51,113 nucleotides of DNA from the NCBI GenBank assembly GCA_032718475.1, contig JAUCBJ010006392.1:1-51113 (forward strand), given 5' to 3'. Shown here piece after piece: positions 1-12,988 of the stretch. The notes under the pieces were generated by a model. That model did no database searches, was not told the DNA's origin, and saw only the letters and a program-made list of their open reading frames with translations. The stretch comes from Nemertoderma westbladi. Its lineage: Eukaryota; Animalia; Xenacoelomorpha. Numbering within the stretch: position 1 is the stretch's first letter; each line of letters opens with the position of its first letter. The position numbers and the translations under genes were made by a program.

Positions 1-944
1 TAGTATATAGTGGTACAGCAGGAAGAAAGCGTTATCATTACTGCCCGGATCCATGGCAACGCTTGTAAACACTGGTATCAAATATATAGGCGATTATAAA
101 TATATCCCATTGATAGCAAAGTAATCTTGGAAGATTGTCAAATATTATGTGGAATTACAACCTCTAAAGAATTAATATTCATTTATAAGACATAAATAGC
201 GTGAATACCTGAATTAATCAACCGTATTGTGAAGGAACAATAACATTTAACGGAATACAACTACCGTAATAAATTCATACAGAAATGCCAATAATAATTA
301 TGTATAGAAAGTATTGCGAATGATAATGGCATTAAATGGAATAAAGTAATTTACTTTAAGACCAACGAAACAAAGTTAACAATATAGGCCTAGAGTTGTA
401 GAGATATAATCAGACATAAGAAAAAATTCCAAACCAAATCTATAATAAGTAATCTCAACATTAAATGTTATACGGTATCTATGGTTACTGTGTATCAGCA
501 AGCCTACGTACCAAGAATAGCAAACAACCGCATTTGGTAGACACATGTTTAAAATGAATCTCTTTAACAGTTTTAATTTGTAAACATGAATAATGATATT
601 GATTTACACCACATGGAAAAAGTGATGTCGGCAGTTTTATTAGTTGTAGCAACTGGTTGGGGATTGGGCAGAATTATCCAAACGAAACTACATATTAATC
701 CATAATGGCTGCCGCATATAAACTAATCGTGATTGGATGAAAGTATAAAAAACAAATATGGTATCCTAGCGACCTGGAAGTAATCAATCAGGTTGTGTAC
801 ATGGAGGCAAGAGGTAAGGAATGGGACAACAAACAGCTGTTTCGGTACAATGAATAGTTTCAGTATCGACGTCTCTGTGCAGTCGAAAATAACAGCAAAT
901 AATTTAGTAAGTTTGATTTTATTTTACAATAAGTATTATTGCTA

Positions 945-1140
945 TAGATAGATTTATTTTTATTTATACATTATGTAAAAACAATAACAAATACACCAAA
1001 CAATGTACCGGTATAAAGGTATTGTCCAACATAACATATAGGATTACCCCTAAAGCTTTGCAGCTTATTTCCAAGGGGGTCCTTTATGTTACTTGGTTAC
1101 AAATACAATATTACACTACGCTAACCTAAAACCAATATAA
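945..1140 (-). mobile_element. Probable 3' UTR/tail of an L2/Crack-type LINE
   Basis: Minus strand ggacccccttggaaataagc..gctttaggggtaatcct stem-loop, then aataaa and an (atct)n tail. Recognised from general family pattern only. Confidence 0.4.
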
Positions 1141-3778
1141 AACGTAATTACACTATGTACATGTACAACTTTACCGAGAGCGTGACAATGTCCGACTCAA
1201 CGATAAAGATGTAATGTACAGAACAATTTATTATAAAACGTAATTACAGTATAAATAGTAAATAATTAATAAACTAATAACTTACTGTAGGACTATTGTG
1301 CTAGTCCTTGCATCGCTACTGTACAGAATCAATATTTTGATTCAGAATCCTGAACCTTAAGGCGTTTATTCGGATAGCTAACCTGCAGTAAGGGATGGAC
1401 TCAATAATGGATTAATTAAATATAAAACTATAAACCGCATTTATTGTAACAAAAAAGCGTCGCACAGCTAATCTTAATTTCTGTAAATATAATCTATAAA
1501 ATTATCAACAAGTTTATTATGATTTAATACGGAAAGAAAATTCTTTGCAATAAAAGTTTCAATAAATAAAGAATGTGCCGTCGTAACTGATTGTTTAGTA
1601 GAGGGATACTGTTGTTGTATTCCAGTACAGACAAACACTAGTAATTCAATTTCCCGTCCCTGTAAGGCCGTGTTTTAATTTCCGTTTTGTTTCGAGCAGG
1701 CCCTGCCGCCAGTAATTGTCACCCTTGTAAACCATGTTGGATGCCCCATGGGAAACTAAAAACTCGCCAGTTAGTCACGCAGAGATCCACTTTAGAGCGG
1801 GGTAAATATTGTTGTTATATTGCTTTTACCTAAAAAAACAGGAGAACATAGGACCTTTTATGTTTGATGTAACTTAGTACAGACCACACAACACGCGTGT
1901 CTTTCGAAATCTGTTTGAATTGCAAATTCTGTTTTAAGATAAGGTACAAACTGACACACTGCCCGCGTAGCAAACAGAAGAAATGGATCAACCCTTTTTA
2001 GCTTACTAAAAAACTTTACAGAATATTTCACTGTGCGTGCAATTTACCCAATGTTAAGAATATCAGGAATAATGAAAAAAAAGTTCTACTTTTTTTCCCA
2101 TGTAATAAATAATTATTTTTCCTAAGTTGTGCGCACAAGATAGAAATAAATAATTCTTACTGAAGGCCTAATATGGAAAGATTAAGGTGAAATGTTCATA
2201 TATCCATGTATATGATACGACTTGTCCGTCCGGGTACATTTAATTATAATTTAGTATTCTATTGCGACTAACCATTACTTAGTTTTTTTATTATAGAACT
2301 TTCAATAAATAACCTGACGTCCTCAATTATATTAAGGTCATTACAGTTTAATGCCATATTTACTGTAGTACTTATACATTTTTATAAACGCATGTGGTGA
2401 GCTACTAGAACTTATTGGGATTAATATAAAATTACACTAAATTCCAAAATAATTTTAACGTTTAAAAATTAAGTTCGTTAAAATAATAATTTATAATTTG
2501 TTTCTATTTAACTCCCTACAAAATAGTTCCACTTAATACCACGTGACCAATTAAATTAAGTAATAAATATAACTGGTCTAATTTGTTAACTTGTACTTAT
2601 TAAACTTATTAAACTATAAGCAATGTGTGAAAATTTAACGACTATTTAAGTAATTCTTAATAAATCAATGGCCCGCAATAATAATATAAGCCACCAGTAG
2701 CCAATACGTAACTAACATGATACGGAGGTTTATAATACTGGGCGGTTAGTAGTTAGTAACCCACGAAGAATCCTGGGTATTCCAGGCCGTAGTAGTCCTA
2801 GTGGGGAAGCTTCTACAATGATACCAGTTATAGGCAGGCCATGCAATTATTGTCCAACAGATGGTGCAATGAGTAAGCGGTTATTGGGACTACGATTACA
2901 TCAGTGCAACATGGAGGCAGGAAAGGGAATATCTTCCAATATCAGCCGGCGCAATAATAAATTGTCAAGTAATCGTTACTGACACTAACAGACAGAAATA
3001 TATTGAATGTCTCAAGTGCCATTCAACTGGCCTTCTTCGCGGAATGCGTTATTGATATCATATTCTACTAAAATTGCCTAATTAACCCATTTTATTTATA
3101 ACTGTCGTTTCAGGAATAAATATTAAAATATTTTACATAAAAATATTTGTCGATGGGCCTACATAAATGAGACAAGAGAGTAAAAATGCAATTGTGACCC
3201 GACACATAGAAGGGGGTCAATTGATTGTACAGTAGACGGTATGTTTGTCTGTCTGTATGCATACTATAATACAGAAAATGCACTACCGAGTCAGTATTTT
3301 TGCTACCGGGGATTTTCTTGGTTGTTTAATTCGTTTTATGATGTCAGTTTTAATGTTTGACAGAATCCACACGGTCAGTATGTTTGTCTGTCTTTCTGTC
3401 TGTCCGTATTTATGTATGTATGTCTGTCTGTCTGACTTACAGACATACATAGAGACAGACACACATGGTCATGTTAAACATAAAAAACTAACATCGAAAA
3501 TAAATTAGCCGACCTGGAAAACCCCATGGCCATATTTTAAATGATTTTATTCATTTTTGAGAGATATACATACAGACAGACAGATATACATAGAAGCAGA
3601 CAGTCAAGAGGCTTGGCAAACGCAAAAACTGACATCAGAAATGAGTTCGCCGACCTAGGAAACCCCCATAACCATATTTTGGTGAGGTTATATGATTTCT
3701 ATATTTTTTGACAGACAAAACAGACAGACAACAAACATACAGACAGACATTTAGACAATTTCTGTAAGTGCTGCAAAC

Positions 3779-5103
3779 TAGGGATGCGACAGAGCTTAAT
3801 TTTCGGAGCCCGGAGATTGCTCCGGGTTACAATATGAGCTCCGGCCGGAGACGGAGCCGGAGGTTCTGTGATTGATAATTATTATAGTTGAAATAGACGT
3901 GTGTTCATAATTATGTGTTCTAATTGTGTTATAATTATAATTATGTGTTCATAAGACAGGGATGGGAGGGGGGGGGGGGGGGGGTGTTGATGCAAATTCT
4001 TACGCGGTGAATTAATATCTCGCCTCAATGTTAAATTATCAATTAAGGGAAATGAGCAGTTTGCAGTCGCATTCTATTCTATTGTAATCAAAACAATAAA
4101 CTATATTCAATAGAACAGGTTACAGTTTTATTTTTGGGAGTATCAGCTGTTACTTGCGTGGATTTCTCCTGGATGGGAATGCATTTCGATTGCGTCCAAA
4201 GACTCCCTTATCAGGTGTTCATTGGGCTAAAATATATTGTGATGTTTTAGACTTTTCAGTTCACACTCATTACGCAAACTCTGTTATATTTATTTCGTAC
4301 GACGGACTAGACTATCAGTAACTTCGGTTTGTTGTCAACTTATCATCGACACTATTGTTATGGGACATTGTGTAATTAATTTCCAGGAGTTGGTGCAGTT
4401 TTCAGTATATTGTCATTGATAAACGATAAAACATGTACCACCTACCTTACGTACGTAGGCTGGCATAAACCGGATATCTAAAATATTATTAGTAATTTGG
4501 ATATATCACAACTGTTTAGAGGGTCCCCGGGTTCTATTTACATTATTGAATCAGGAACTGAAATACAATCTCCGCACACAAATATTGTATAACTATTAAA
4601 ATTATTATTACATAAATTTAATAAACATAGAATGGGTTCTAGACTGACGAACGAAACGATAGTACATGACGTATTTAAGATTTTTTAATTAGTGAAGAAT
4701 ATTAATTGAATTACCTGAATCATTTCAATGTTTTTGTTCAAACATTTAAACATTTTCACAAAGGGGGTGGGGGTTTATCAGGAAACTTAAAAAAACAAGC
4801 TGTAAATTATTTAATGAGTTATTATTTAAGAATTGGAGAATTTCACTTTTGTATTTACTTAGCGCCTTTGAACCTTAGCAGAAAAGGGCGCTTTATAAGT
4901 AACTCTATTATTATTATTATTATTATTATTATGTTAATTACTATGATATTTACATTATTCATACATCAGAAAAACTTATTATTTTAATTCGAATTTAAAC
5001 AACATAAGCTCCGGATTGGCTCCGGGTTAATTTTCCCGGAGCCGGAACCAGAAATCGGCCCGGAGCTCCGGATTTCCGGAGCCGGAGCTCTGTCGCATCC
5101 CTA
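3779..5103. mobile_element. Non-autonomous hAT-like DNA transposon
   Basis: Perfect 18-bp TIR TAGGGATGCGACAGAGCT / AGCTCTGTCGCATCCCTA, 8-bp TSD CTGCAAAC (3771-3778, 5104-5111) and subterminal ccggag repeats. Confidence 0.92.
3953..4214. mobile_element. MITE (same family as 7240-7493) with 8-bp TSD GTGTTCAT
   Basis: Alignable by eye to 7240-7493; TSD at 3945-3952 and 4215-4222. Confidence 0.8.
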
Positions 5104-5343
5104 CTGCAAACTTAGAAGTTAGATTTTGGGATTCTTCGTTAAATTTGGATCTTAAATCAATAAAAAAAAATTTGAATTTTTTATTGTTTTCTGTGATTTA
5201 TTCAAATGCTTGAGATTTATGGTAAATGAGATTATTTGAAATTGACCCCTTTCTTTTTGTGTCGGGTCACAATTGTGTGGAGTGGAACAATAACTATTTA
5301 CATCATTGTGTAAAAATGAGCACTATTACCATTATGACCCGAG

Positions 5344-5349
5344 TTTATT
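5344..5349 (-). promoter_or_regulatory. Candidate polyadenylation signal for TMF1
   Basis: AATAAA on the minus strand about 250 nt after the TMF1 stop. The region is AT-rich, so other sites are possible. Confidence 0.45.
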
Positions 5350-5600
5350 TATGTACAGAGCGCAGCGCGGCGCGCAGCGCAGCGCGTTGGGGTTAGGGTA
5401 TTGGCAAACATTGTAAAAAAATTATATAGAACTTAATTAATCAATTTGATATTATTTTAAATAAATCTACTGTAATTCAAAGCACCAAGGTTTTAGAAAC
5501 ACACCAAAACCTACGTATACAAATAATAATTAATAGTAACAATAATAAATAATGAACGCGGCCACTGCACCCCATAAGCGGTTGCTTAGCAACGATGTAA

Positions 5601-5774
5601 TCACCTACGCTGCAGCAACTGGTCTATTTGTTTCCGGAATAAAGTCTTTACGTCATTGAGCTCGTCAACTAACTCCAGACATTCTTCTTCTTTCTCTCCG
5701 TACATAACCAACATCTGTTCGTATTTATCGGTACAAATAGACAACTCGTTCCTTAGTAAATCAACCTGCGACAC
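5601..5774 (-). CDS. TMF1: TMF1 terminal exon 8 (VSQVDLLRNEL...KYEQMLVMYGEKEEECLELVDELNDVKTLFRKQIDQLLQRR*)
   Basis: Acceptor ttctattattAG, TGA at 5603-5601. Contains the diagnostic TMF1/Sgm1 C-terminal motif Y...L.MYGEK.EE..EL..D..DVK.....QID.LL. Not in the ORF track. Confidence 0.93.
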   Translation of the reverse strand: MSQVDLLRNELSICTDKYEQMLVMYGEKEEECLELVDELNDVKTLFRKQIDQLLQRR

Positions 5775-5845
5775 CTAATAATAGAACAATACAGGGTAGA
5801 GAGAGAGATTTCGATTTGAAAGTATTTAACCCTATTAGTACTGGG

Positions 5846-7595
5846 CTACTACTACTATTTATAATCGACCTGCAGCATTGAAGCTGCACATTAAGATGCT
5901 GCTGGCTTAACAAAAACATTATTACCACCGCCATGTGATCCACAATTGGCACACCCAATGTAGCTTGCATTAGGAATGCTATGCCGGCTTAACAACAAAG
6001 TTGCACCGCCACAACTCCCTATCCCCATGAATTTCGCGAGGTTATCCGTATCTTGTGTCCTTTAGGAGGCGTCTCACTAAAGTCATGGTCTGTCCAGCAT
6101 GCTTATTTTCTCCATTGGGCTACCAAAGCACAAGATTATGCACTGGCTGGTCCTCACGGAGAAAACAATCTCCTGCAAAGAGGAGGCGGCTTTTTTCAAG
6201 TGTCAAGCTTGGAGGAACCAATGATACACCTCCAATGTTATATAGTGTCTGGTTGGAGATGTGTGTATTGTACTTGACACAATGAACCCGGCGTAGCATT
6301 CTTGTGAATGTGCCATCCAGAGATTTGGTGTCCTCAGCAGTTAGAGCCCAGCATGGACTCCCATAGAGGAGTACTGGAACGACTGCTGCTCTAAATAATC
6401 GGACATTAAATTTCCGATTAATTCTCTGTGACTTCCAAATCCTGGAGAGCCTATTCAAGGCTGCCCATGCCTTTCCCTTACGTATTCGAAGGTCCTCACC
6501 TGACTTCCGGATCCATGATCCCAGGTAACAGAAGTCGCCCACATGCTCAAGCATACCATCCTTTGAGCTTATGCTCATCCGGTCAGAGATTTGCTGAGGA
6601 CTTTCAATGTTAACTGTCAAAATTGTGGTTTTTCTGGAGTTAATAAAAAGACCAACACTAGAAGCAGCATGTTCTAATGAGCTGAGGAGCCGTTGGGCTC
6701 CCTCTAGTGATTCTGAGAGTACTCCTAAGTCATCAGCAAAGTCTAGATCAGTTAGGTACTTGGCAGGATTTCCTCGACTTCTGGAGCCAGTAGGTGGAGT
6801 TATCATCACCCAATCATCATTAAGATTTATCTAAGGAGATGCGTAGAACATAGTCAACCACAATCATGAACAAGAATGGTGCAAGTGTGTCTCCCTGGAG
6901 GAATCCCCATAACACTTAGAATAGTTCTGTGTCGCCGTCAACAGTAGACACAAATGTTTCGGCACTTCCAAACTTTGTTGTCAGTCCAGGGGGCCCTTTT
7001 CCTGTTTCGAGGGTATACAGGAACTGTTTCTGCAGCTGCTAACTTAACTGCGTCTGTGAAGGCAGTATAGCCCTCACAGTGATCTGCCGCCTCAGAGGCA
7101 AGAGCCTCATACCTGTTGCTCAGCTGTAGTGTGAAGCTGGATCTCACACTTGGCTGTTGCAACAGAGAGGACCAGTCATGCCGCGGCAAGGCAGATTTCG
7201 TTCTAGCACGCAGACTAAGTCTTACCATTATTAAGATCAGAGACAGGGGGGGGGGGGGGGGGGGGACTGGACGCAAAACCCGCCTTGGCGAATTAATATC
7301 CCGCCTCAATGTTAAATTATCAATTTAGGGAAAGGAGCAGGTTACAGTGGCACGTTATTTTAACCAAAACAATAAACTAAACACAATAGAACAGGCTACA
7401 GTTTTATTTTTGAGAGTAATCAACTGTTATTTGCGTCCAATTTCCCCTGGAGAGGGATGAATTTTTATTGCGTCCAGTTTCCCCCCCTATCTGTAAGATC
7501 AAGGTTGGGTGGGTAGACAGTCAAAATGCTTGAGATTATCTACGCAATTGAGCGACAATCGCGAATAAGAGGGAAGGTCTACGGTTTTGGCGACA
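5846..7595 (-). mobile_element. RTE-clade LINE remnant with internal deletion, (TAG)n tail and a MITE insertion
   Basis: LQGDTLAPFLFMIVVDYVLR (about 6845-6905), LTDLDFADDL, FCYLGSWI, LLYGS..W and LSNRYEAL linker; tail tagtagtagtag at 5857-5846. The post-endonuclease linker joins directly to mid-RT near 6945. The upstream boundary is approximate. Confidence 0.88.
7240..7493. mobile_element. MITE (~255 bp) with 8-bp TSD TAAGATCA
   Basis: Imperfect TIRs gagacagggg..gactggacgcaa / ttgcgtccagtttccccccctatctg; TSD at 7232-7239 and 7494-7501; same family as 3953-4214. Confidence 0.85.
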
Positions 7596-8269
7596 TGCAT
7601 GGGCGTAGGCAGCGGGTGGGCACTATGTGCACGTGTGCCCTTCCTCAAATCCACAAAAGGTCCGCTTCATCCGAAAAATGAAATAAATTTTGGTATAACA
7701 TTATAATTGTAATGATGCAATAAAAATATTAAAATATAAATTATTATTTTAGGTTCGTTTATTCAATTAAGTTTTGGTTGTTGGGTTTAAATTGTTAATA
7801 AGTTGAAAGTTTTAAGACACTTTACTTGTCTCTCTAACCGAGAGGCATAGGCCGACTGGAATTGGAATACCGTAGGCCTTGCTAACCGCCTGTGTGAGAC
7901 TGTCAGATCAAACATTGATCCTCTATTTTTATAAAAATTTTGCCGAGCCTCAATGTTCTTAAAAATTTCGTAACATTCAGCCTCAAGTATTCTTAAAATG
8001 TTCTTAAAGTAAATTAGTGAATATCTTTCAGTTTCTAGTTTATACTGGGGGATATTTATATTTCAACTGCTTCTTTATGACGATTTCCCTTTTGTATTGG
8101 CGGTAGACGTCTGTTTCTGTGAGCTTCAGTTTAATGTTTACTTTAATTATTATAGTCTTAAACGGTTTCGTTCTAAAAAAAAAAGAAGGGTGTAACTGAG
8201 TTGTAATAATAATTGTATTATATAAATATCTACTTTGTTTTGTAATATAACAATGTTTAAATAATACAG

Positions 8270-11200
8270 TATTATTAATGGGCCAAGCGGTGGTATTGAC
8301 ATAGGACATATTAAAATATACATGTTATTATTTGCGGACGATATTGCTCTAGTGGCTAATTCGTTATTATTTGCGGACGATATTGCTCTAGTGGCTAATT
8401 CGTTATTATTTGCGGACAATATTGCTCTAGTGGCTAATTCGTTAGTATTTGCGGACGATATTGCTCTAGTGGCTAATTCGTTATTATTTGCGGACGATAT
8501 TGCTCTAGTGGCTAATTCGTTATTATTTGCGGACGATATTGCTCTAGTGGCTAATTCGTTATTATTTGCGGACGATATTGCTCTAGTGGCTAATTCGTTA
8601 TTATTTGCGGACGATATTGCTCTAGTGGCTAATTCGTTATTATTTGCGGACGATATTGCTCTAGTGGCTAATTCGTTATTATTTGCGGACGATATTGCTC
8701 TAGTGGCTAATTCGTTATTATTTGCGGACGATATTGCTCTAGTGGCTAATTCGTTATTATTTGCGGACGATATTGCTCTAGTGGCTAATTCGTTATTATT
8801 TGCGGACGATATTGCTCTAGTGGCTAATTCGTTATTATTTGCGGACGATATTGCTCTAGTGGCTATTTCGTTATTATTTGCGGACAATATTGCTCTAGTG
8901 GCTAATTCGTTATTATTTGCGGACGATATTGCTCTAGTGGCTAATTCGTTATTATTTGCGGACGATATTGCTCTAGTGGCTAATTCGTTATTATTTGCGG
9001 ACGATATTGCTCTAGTGGCTAATTCGTTATTATTTGCGGACGATATTGCTCTAGTGGCTAATTCGTTATTATTTGCGGACGATATTGTTATTTGCGGACG
9101 ATATTGCTCTAGTGGCTAATTCGTTATTATTTGCGGACGATATTGCTCTAGTGGCTAATTCGTTATTATTTGCGGACGATATTGCTCTAGTGGCTAATTC
9201 GTTATTATTTGCGGACGATATTGCTCTAGTGGCTAATTCGTTATTATTTGCGGACGATATTGCTCTAGTGGCTATTTCGTTATTATTTGCGGACAATATT
9301 GCTCTAGTGGCTAATTCGTTATTATTTGCGGACGATATTGCTCTAGTGGCTAATTCGTTATTATTTGCGGACGATATTGCTCTAGTGGCTAATTCGTTAT
9401 TATTTGCGGACGATATTGCTCCAGTGGCTAATTCGTTATTATTTGCGGACGATATTGTTATTTGCGGATGATATTGCTCTAGTGGCTAATTCGTTATTAT
9501 TTGCGGACGATATTGCTCTAGTGGCTAATTCGTTATTATTTGCGGACGATATTGCTCTAGTGGCTAATTCGTTATTATTTGCAGACGATATTGCTCTAGT
9601 GGCTAATTCGTTATTATTTGCGGACGATATTGCTCTAGTGGCTATTTCGTTATTATTTGCGGACGATATTGCTCTAGTGGCTAATTCGTTATTATTTGCG
9701 GACGATATTGCTCTAGTGGCTATTTCGTTATTATTTGCGGACAATATTGCTCTAGTGGCTAATTCGTTATTATTTGCGGACAATATTGCTCTAGTGGCTA
9801 ATTCGCTATTATTTGCGGACGATATTGCTCTAGTGGCTAATTCGTTATTATTTGCAGACGATATTGCTCTAGTGGCTAATTCGTTATTATTTGCGGACGA
9901 TATTGCTCTAGTGGCTAATTCGTTATTATTTGCGGACGATATTGCTCTAGTGGCTAATTCGTTATTATTTGCGGACGATATTGCTCTAGTGGCTAATTCG
10001 TTATTATTTGCGGACGATATTGCTCTAGTGGCTAATTCGTTATTATTTGCGGACGATGTTGCTCTAGTGGCTAATTCGTTATTATTTGCGGACGATATTG
10101 CTCTAGTGGCTAATTCGTTATTATTTGCGGACGATATTGCTCTAGTGGCTAATTCGTTATTATTTGCGGACGATATTGCTCCAGTGGCTAATTCGTTATT
10201 ATTTGCGGACGATATTGTTATTTGCGGATGATATTGCTCTAGTGGCTAATTCGTTATTATTTGCGGACGATATTGCTCTAGTGGCTAATTCGTTATTATT
10301 TGCGGACGATATTGCTCTAGTGGCTAATTCGTTATTATTTGCGGACGATATTGCTCTAGTGGCTAATTCGTTATTATTTGCGGACGATATTGCTCTAGTG
10401 GCTATTTCGTTATTATTTGCGGACGATATTGCTCTAGTGGCTAATTCGTTATTATTTGCGGACGATATTGCTCTAGTGGCTATTTCGTTATTATTTGCGG
10501 ACAATATTGCTCTAGTGGCTAATTCGTTATTATTTGCGGACAATATTGCTCTAGTGGCTAATTCGCTATTATTTGCGGACGATATTGCTCTAGTGGCTAA
10601 TTCGTTATTATTTGCGGACGATATTGCTCTAGTGGCTAATTCGTTATTATTTGCGGACGATATTGCTCTAGTGGCTAATTCGTTATTATTTGCGGACGAT
10701 ATTGCTCTAGTGGCTAATTCGTTATTATTTGCGGACGATATTGCTCTAGTGGCTAATTCGTTATTATTTGCGGACGATATTGCTCTAGTGGCTAATTCGT
10801 TATTATTTGCGGACGATATTGCTCTAGTGGCTAATTCGTTATTATTTGCGGACGATATTGCTCTAGTGGCTAATTCGTTATTATTTGCGGACGATATTGC
10901 TCTAGTGGCTAATTCGTTATTATTTGCGGACGATATTGCTCTAGTGGCTAATTCGTTATTATTTGCGGACGATATTGCTCTAGTGGCTAATTCGTTATTA
11001 TTTGCGGACGATATTGCTCTAGTGGCTAATTCGCCCACTGATTTGCAAGCATCGCTTGACATACTATACTGCTACTGTACGTTCTGGAAATTACTGGTCA
11101 ACCTCACTAAATCACATGTAGTTGTATTCAGGAGAGGGGGGCCGCTTAGAGGTGACGAAAAGTGGGTATACAGTGGGATGGAGCTTCAGGTTGTGGTAGC

Positions 11201-11835
11201 ATACACATACTTAGGTATTGTTTTCAGTCCAAGTGGTAGTTTCAGTAAGGCGCAACAGGTCTTGGCAGAAAAGGCCAACAAGGCTTATTACAGTTTACAA
11301 GCCTGTCTCTATAAATATAAAAATTTAGGTTTCAGTCTAAAATATGTCCTGTTTTGCAAACTCATAAAACCAATTCTCAACTATGGAGCTGAGGTTTGGG
11401 GTTTTGACGTTTCACAAGTAACAGAGCGGGTCCACCTGAACTTCGTAAAGCGGACATTGGGCATTAAAACATGTTCTCCAGACTTTGTTGTTTACGGAGA
11501 AACAGGCACATACCCCCTTAGAATAAATAGATCGATCTGTAAGTATAATACAATTTTGGCTGCGCATACTCGACCTACCGACCTACCGAATTCTAGACTT
11601 GTTAAACAAGCCTATCTCATGTTATATAATAATGTTGCTGTTGTTGGTGGAAAGTAAACTGGGCCTCCAAAGTTCGGGATATGCTAAATCATTTAGGGTT
11701 AAGCTGGGCCGGGAATTCACAACGGGTAGAAAATCGGGGTCACTTTATTAAATTAGTCAAAGATACATTGCAGAGCCAGTATGTGCAGCAGTGGTGGTCT
11801 ACATTAGCTAACTCCCCAAAGGGAGACTTTTATAT
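8270..11835 (+). mobile_element. 5'-truncated, degenerate non-LTR retrotransposon ORF2 (RT C-terminal half and downstream region)
   Basis: GIDIGHIKIYMLLFADD...PTDLQASLD...LLVNLTKS...YTYLGIVF...PILNYGAEVWG...VYGETGTYPL...QQWWSTLANSPK are typical LINE RT domain 5-7/thumb motifs. Frameshifts near 11540-11650. Confidence 0.9.
8325..11033 (+). repeat. 39-bp tandem array, about 70 copies, encoding LLFADDIALVANS (RT active-site motif), with a 760-bp higher-order duplication
   Basis: Unit ttattatttgcggacgatattgctctagtggctaattcg. Three 20-bp deletions (near 9087, 9457, 10217) shift the frame. Shared variants recur 760 bp apart (e.g. 9421/10181). Confidence 0.95.
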
Positions 11836-12225
11836 TAAAAATGTTTTTGTATTAAAAATAGATAATAAAAAAAAAGGCAGTGATTTTTATGTCCTTTTAT
11901 TTGACTTTTTTTGTCATTTTTTTTTTTACGAATTATGCATAATGACTTTTGTTGTCCTTTTAATGACTTTTATTGTCCTTTTAATGACTTTTTATGTATG
12001 TATTTCTTCAAACTGTCAGACTGCTGATTTCTGGACTGTCAGACAGTTGATTTCACTATGCCTGTGCCAAAACATTCCATGATTCCATGATTTATAGACT
12101 ATGAGGTAGATTTCCATATGCGCCTGTGGTAAAAAGACTCTATATTTAATAGTTTGTGGCTGTTGTCGATAATCGATTACCACATGACGTAGCAAAACAC
12201 TCATTTTATAGCCAAAAACAATTAC

Positions 12226-12988
12226 CAATTGATGGAAAGGAGCAGGTCAAGGCCGAGTTTTCTAACCAAAACAATAAACAGTCACTTTATTAAATCGGGG
12301 AAAGGAGCAGGTTACAGAGACGGGATTTTCTAACCAAAACAATAAACGATCACTTAACTTGAGGGAAAGGAGCAGGTTACAGAGGCGGGATTTTCTAACC
12401 AAAACAATAAACGATCACTTAACTTATTGAGGGAAAGGAGCAGGTTACAGAGGCGGGATTTTCTAACCAAAACAATAAACGATCACTTAACTTATTGAGG
12501 GAAAGGAGCAGGTTACAGAGGCGGGATTTTCTAACCAAAACAATAAACGATCATTTAACAAATTGAGGGAAAGGGACAGGTTACAGAGGCGGAATTTTCT
12601 AACCAAAACAATAAACGACCACTTAACTAAGTGAGGGAAAGGGGCAGGTTACAGAGGCGGGATTTTCTAACCAAAACAATAAACGATCATTTAACTAATT
12701 GAGGGAAAGGAGCAAGTTACAGAGAAGGGATTTTCTAACCAAAACAATAAACGATAACATTACCAATTGAGAGAAAGGAGCAGGTTACAGAGGCGGGATT
12801 TTCTAACCAAAACAATAAACGATAACATTACCAATTGAGGGAAAGGAGCAGGTTACAGAGGCGGGATTTTCTAACCAAAACAATAAACGATCACTTAACT
12901 AATTGAGGGAAAGGAGCAGGTTAAGGCCGGATTTTCTAACCAAAACAATAAACAGTCACTTTACCAAATCAGGGAAAGGAGCAGGTTA
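12226..12988 (+). repeat. ~68-bp tandem array, 11-12 copies, homologous to a module found inside local MITEs
   Basis: Unit gagggaaaggagcaggttacagaggcgggattttctaaccaaaacaataaacgatcacttaactaatt. The same module occurs at about 4045-4100, 7325-7380, 43695-43810 (minus, x2) and 44040-44090. Confidence 0.9.

Larger units (their letters stand above)
3189..5275. mobile_element. Older non-autonomous TIR element with (GACA)n tracts, host of the hAT-like insertion
   Basis: Inverted termini caattgtgacccgacaca..gaagggggtcaatt / aattgacccctttc..tgtgtcgggtcacaattg; no clear TSD. Confidence 0.65.

Noticed and set aside
1-850. Coding-like fragments on the plus strand with a short hydrophobic stretch
   Set aside because: Interrupted by many stops and no recognisable motif; may be a decayed element but cannot be supported.
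4640-4665. CTGACGA..GAAA hammerhead-like core
   Set aside because: Only 2 nt between the boxes (no stem II) and no convincing stems I or III.
5359-5400. GC-rich gcgca repeats followed by ttggggttaggg
   Set aside because: Only one true TTAGGG; too short to call telomeric or regulatory.
8150-11062. Long minus-strand ORFs (SANNNELATRAIS)n
   Set aside because: Antisense reading of the 39-bp array; open only because the unit lacks a stop in that frame.
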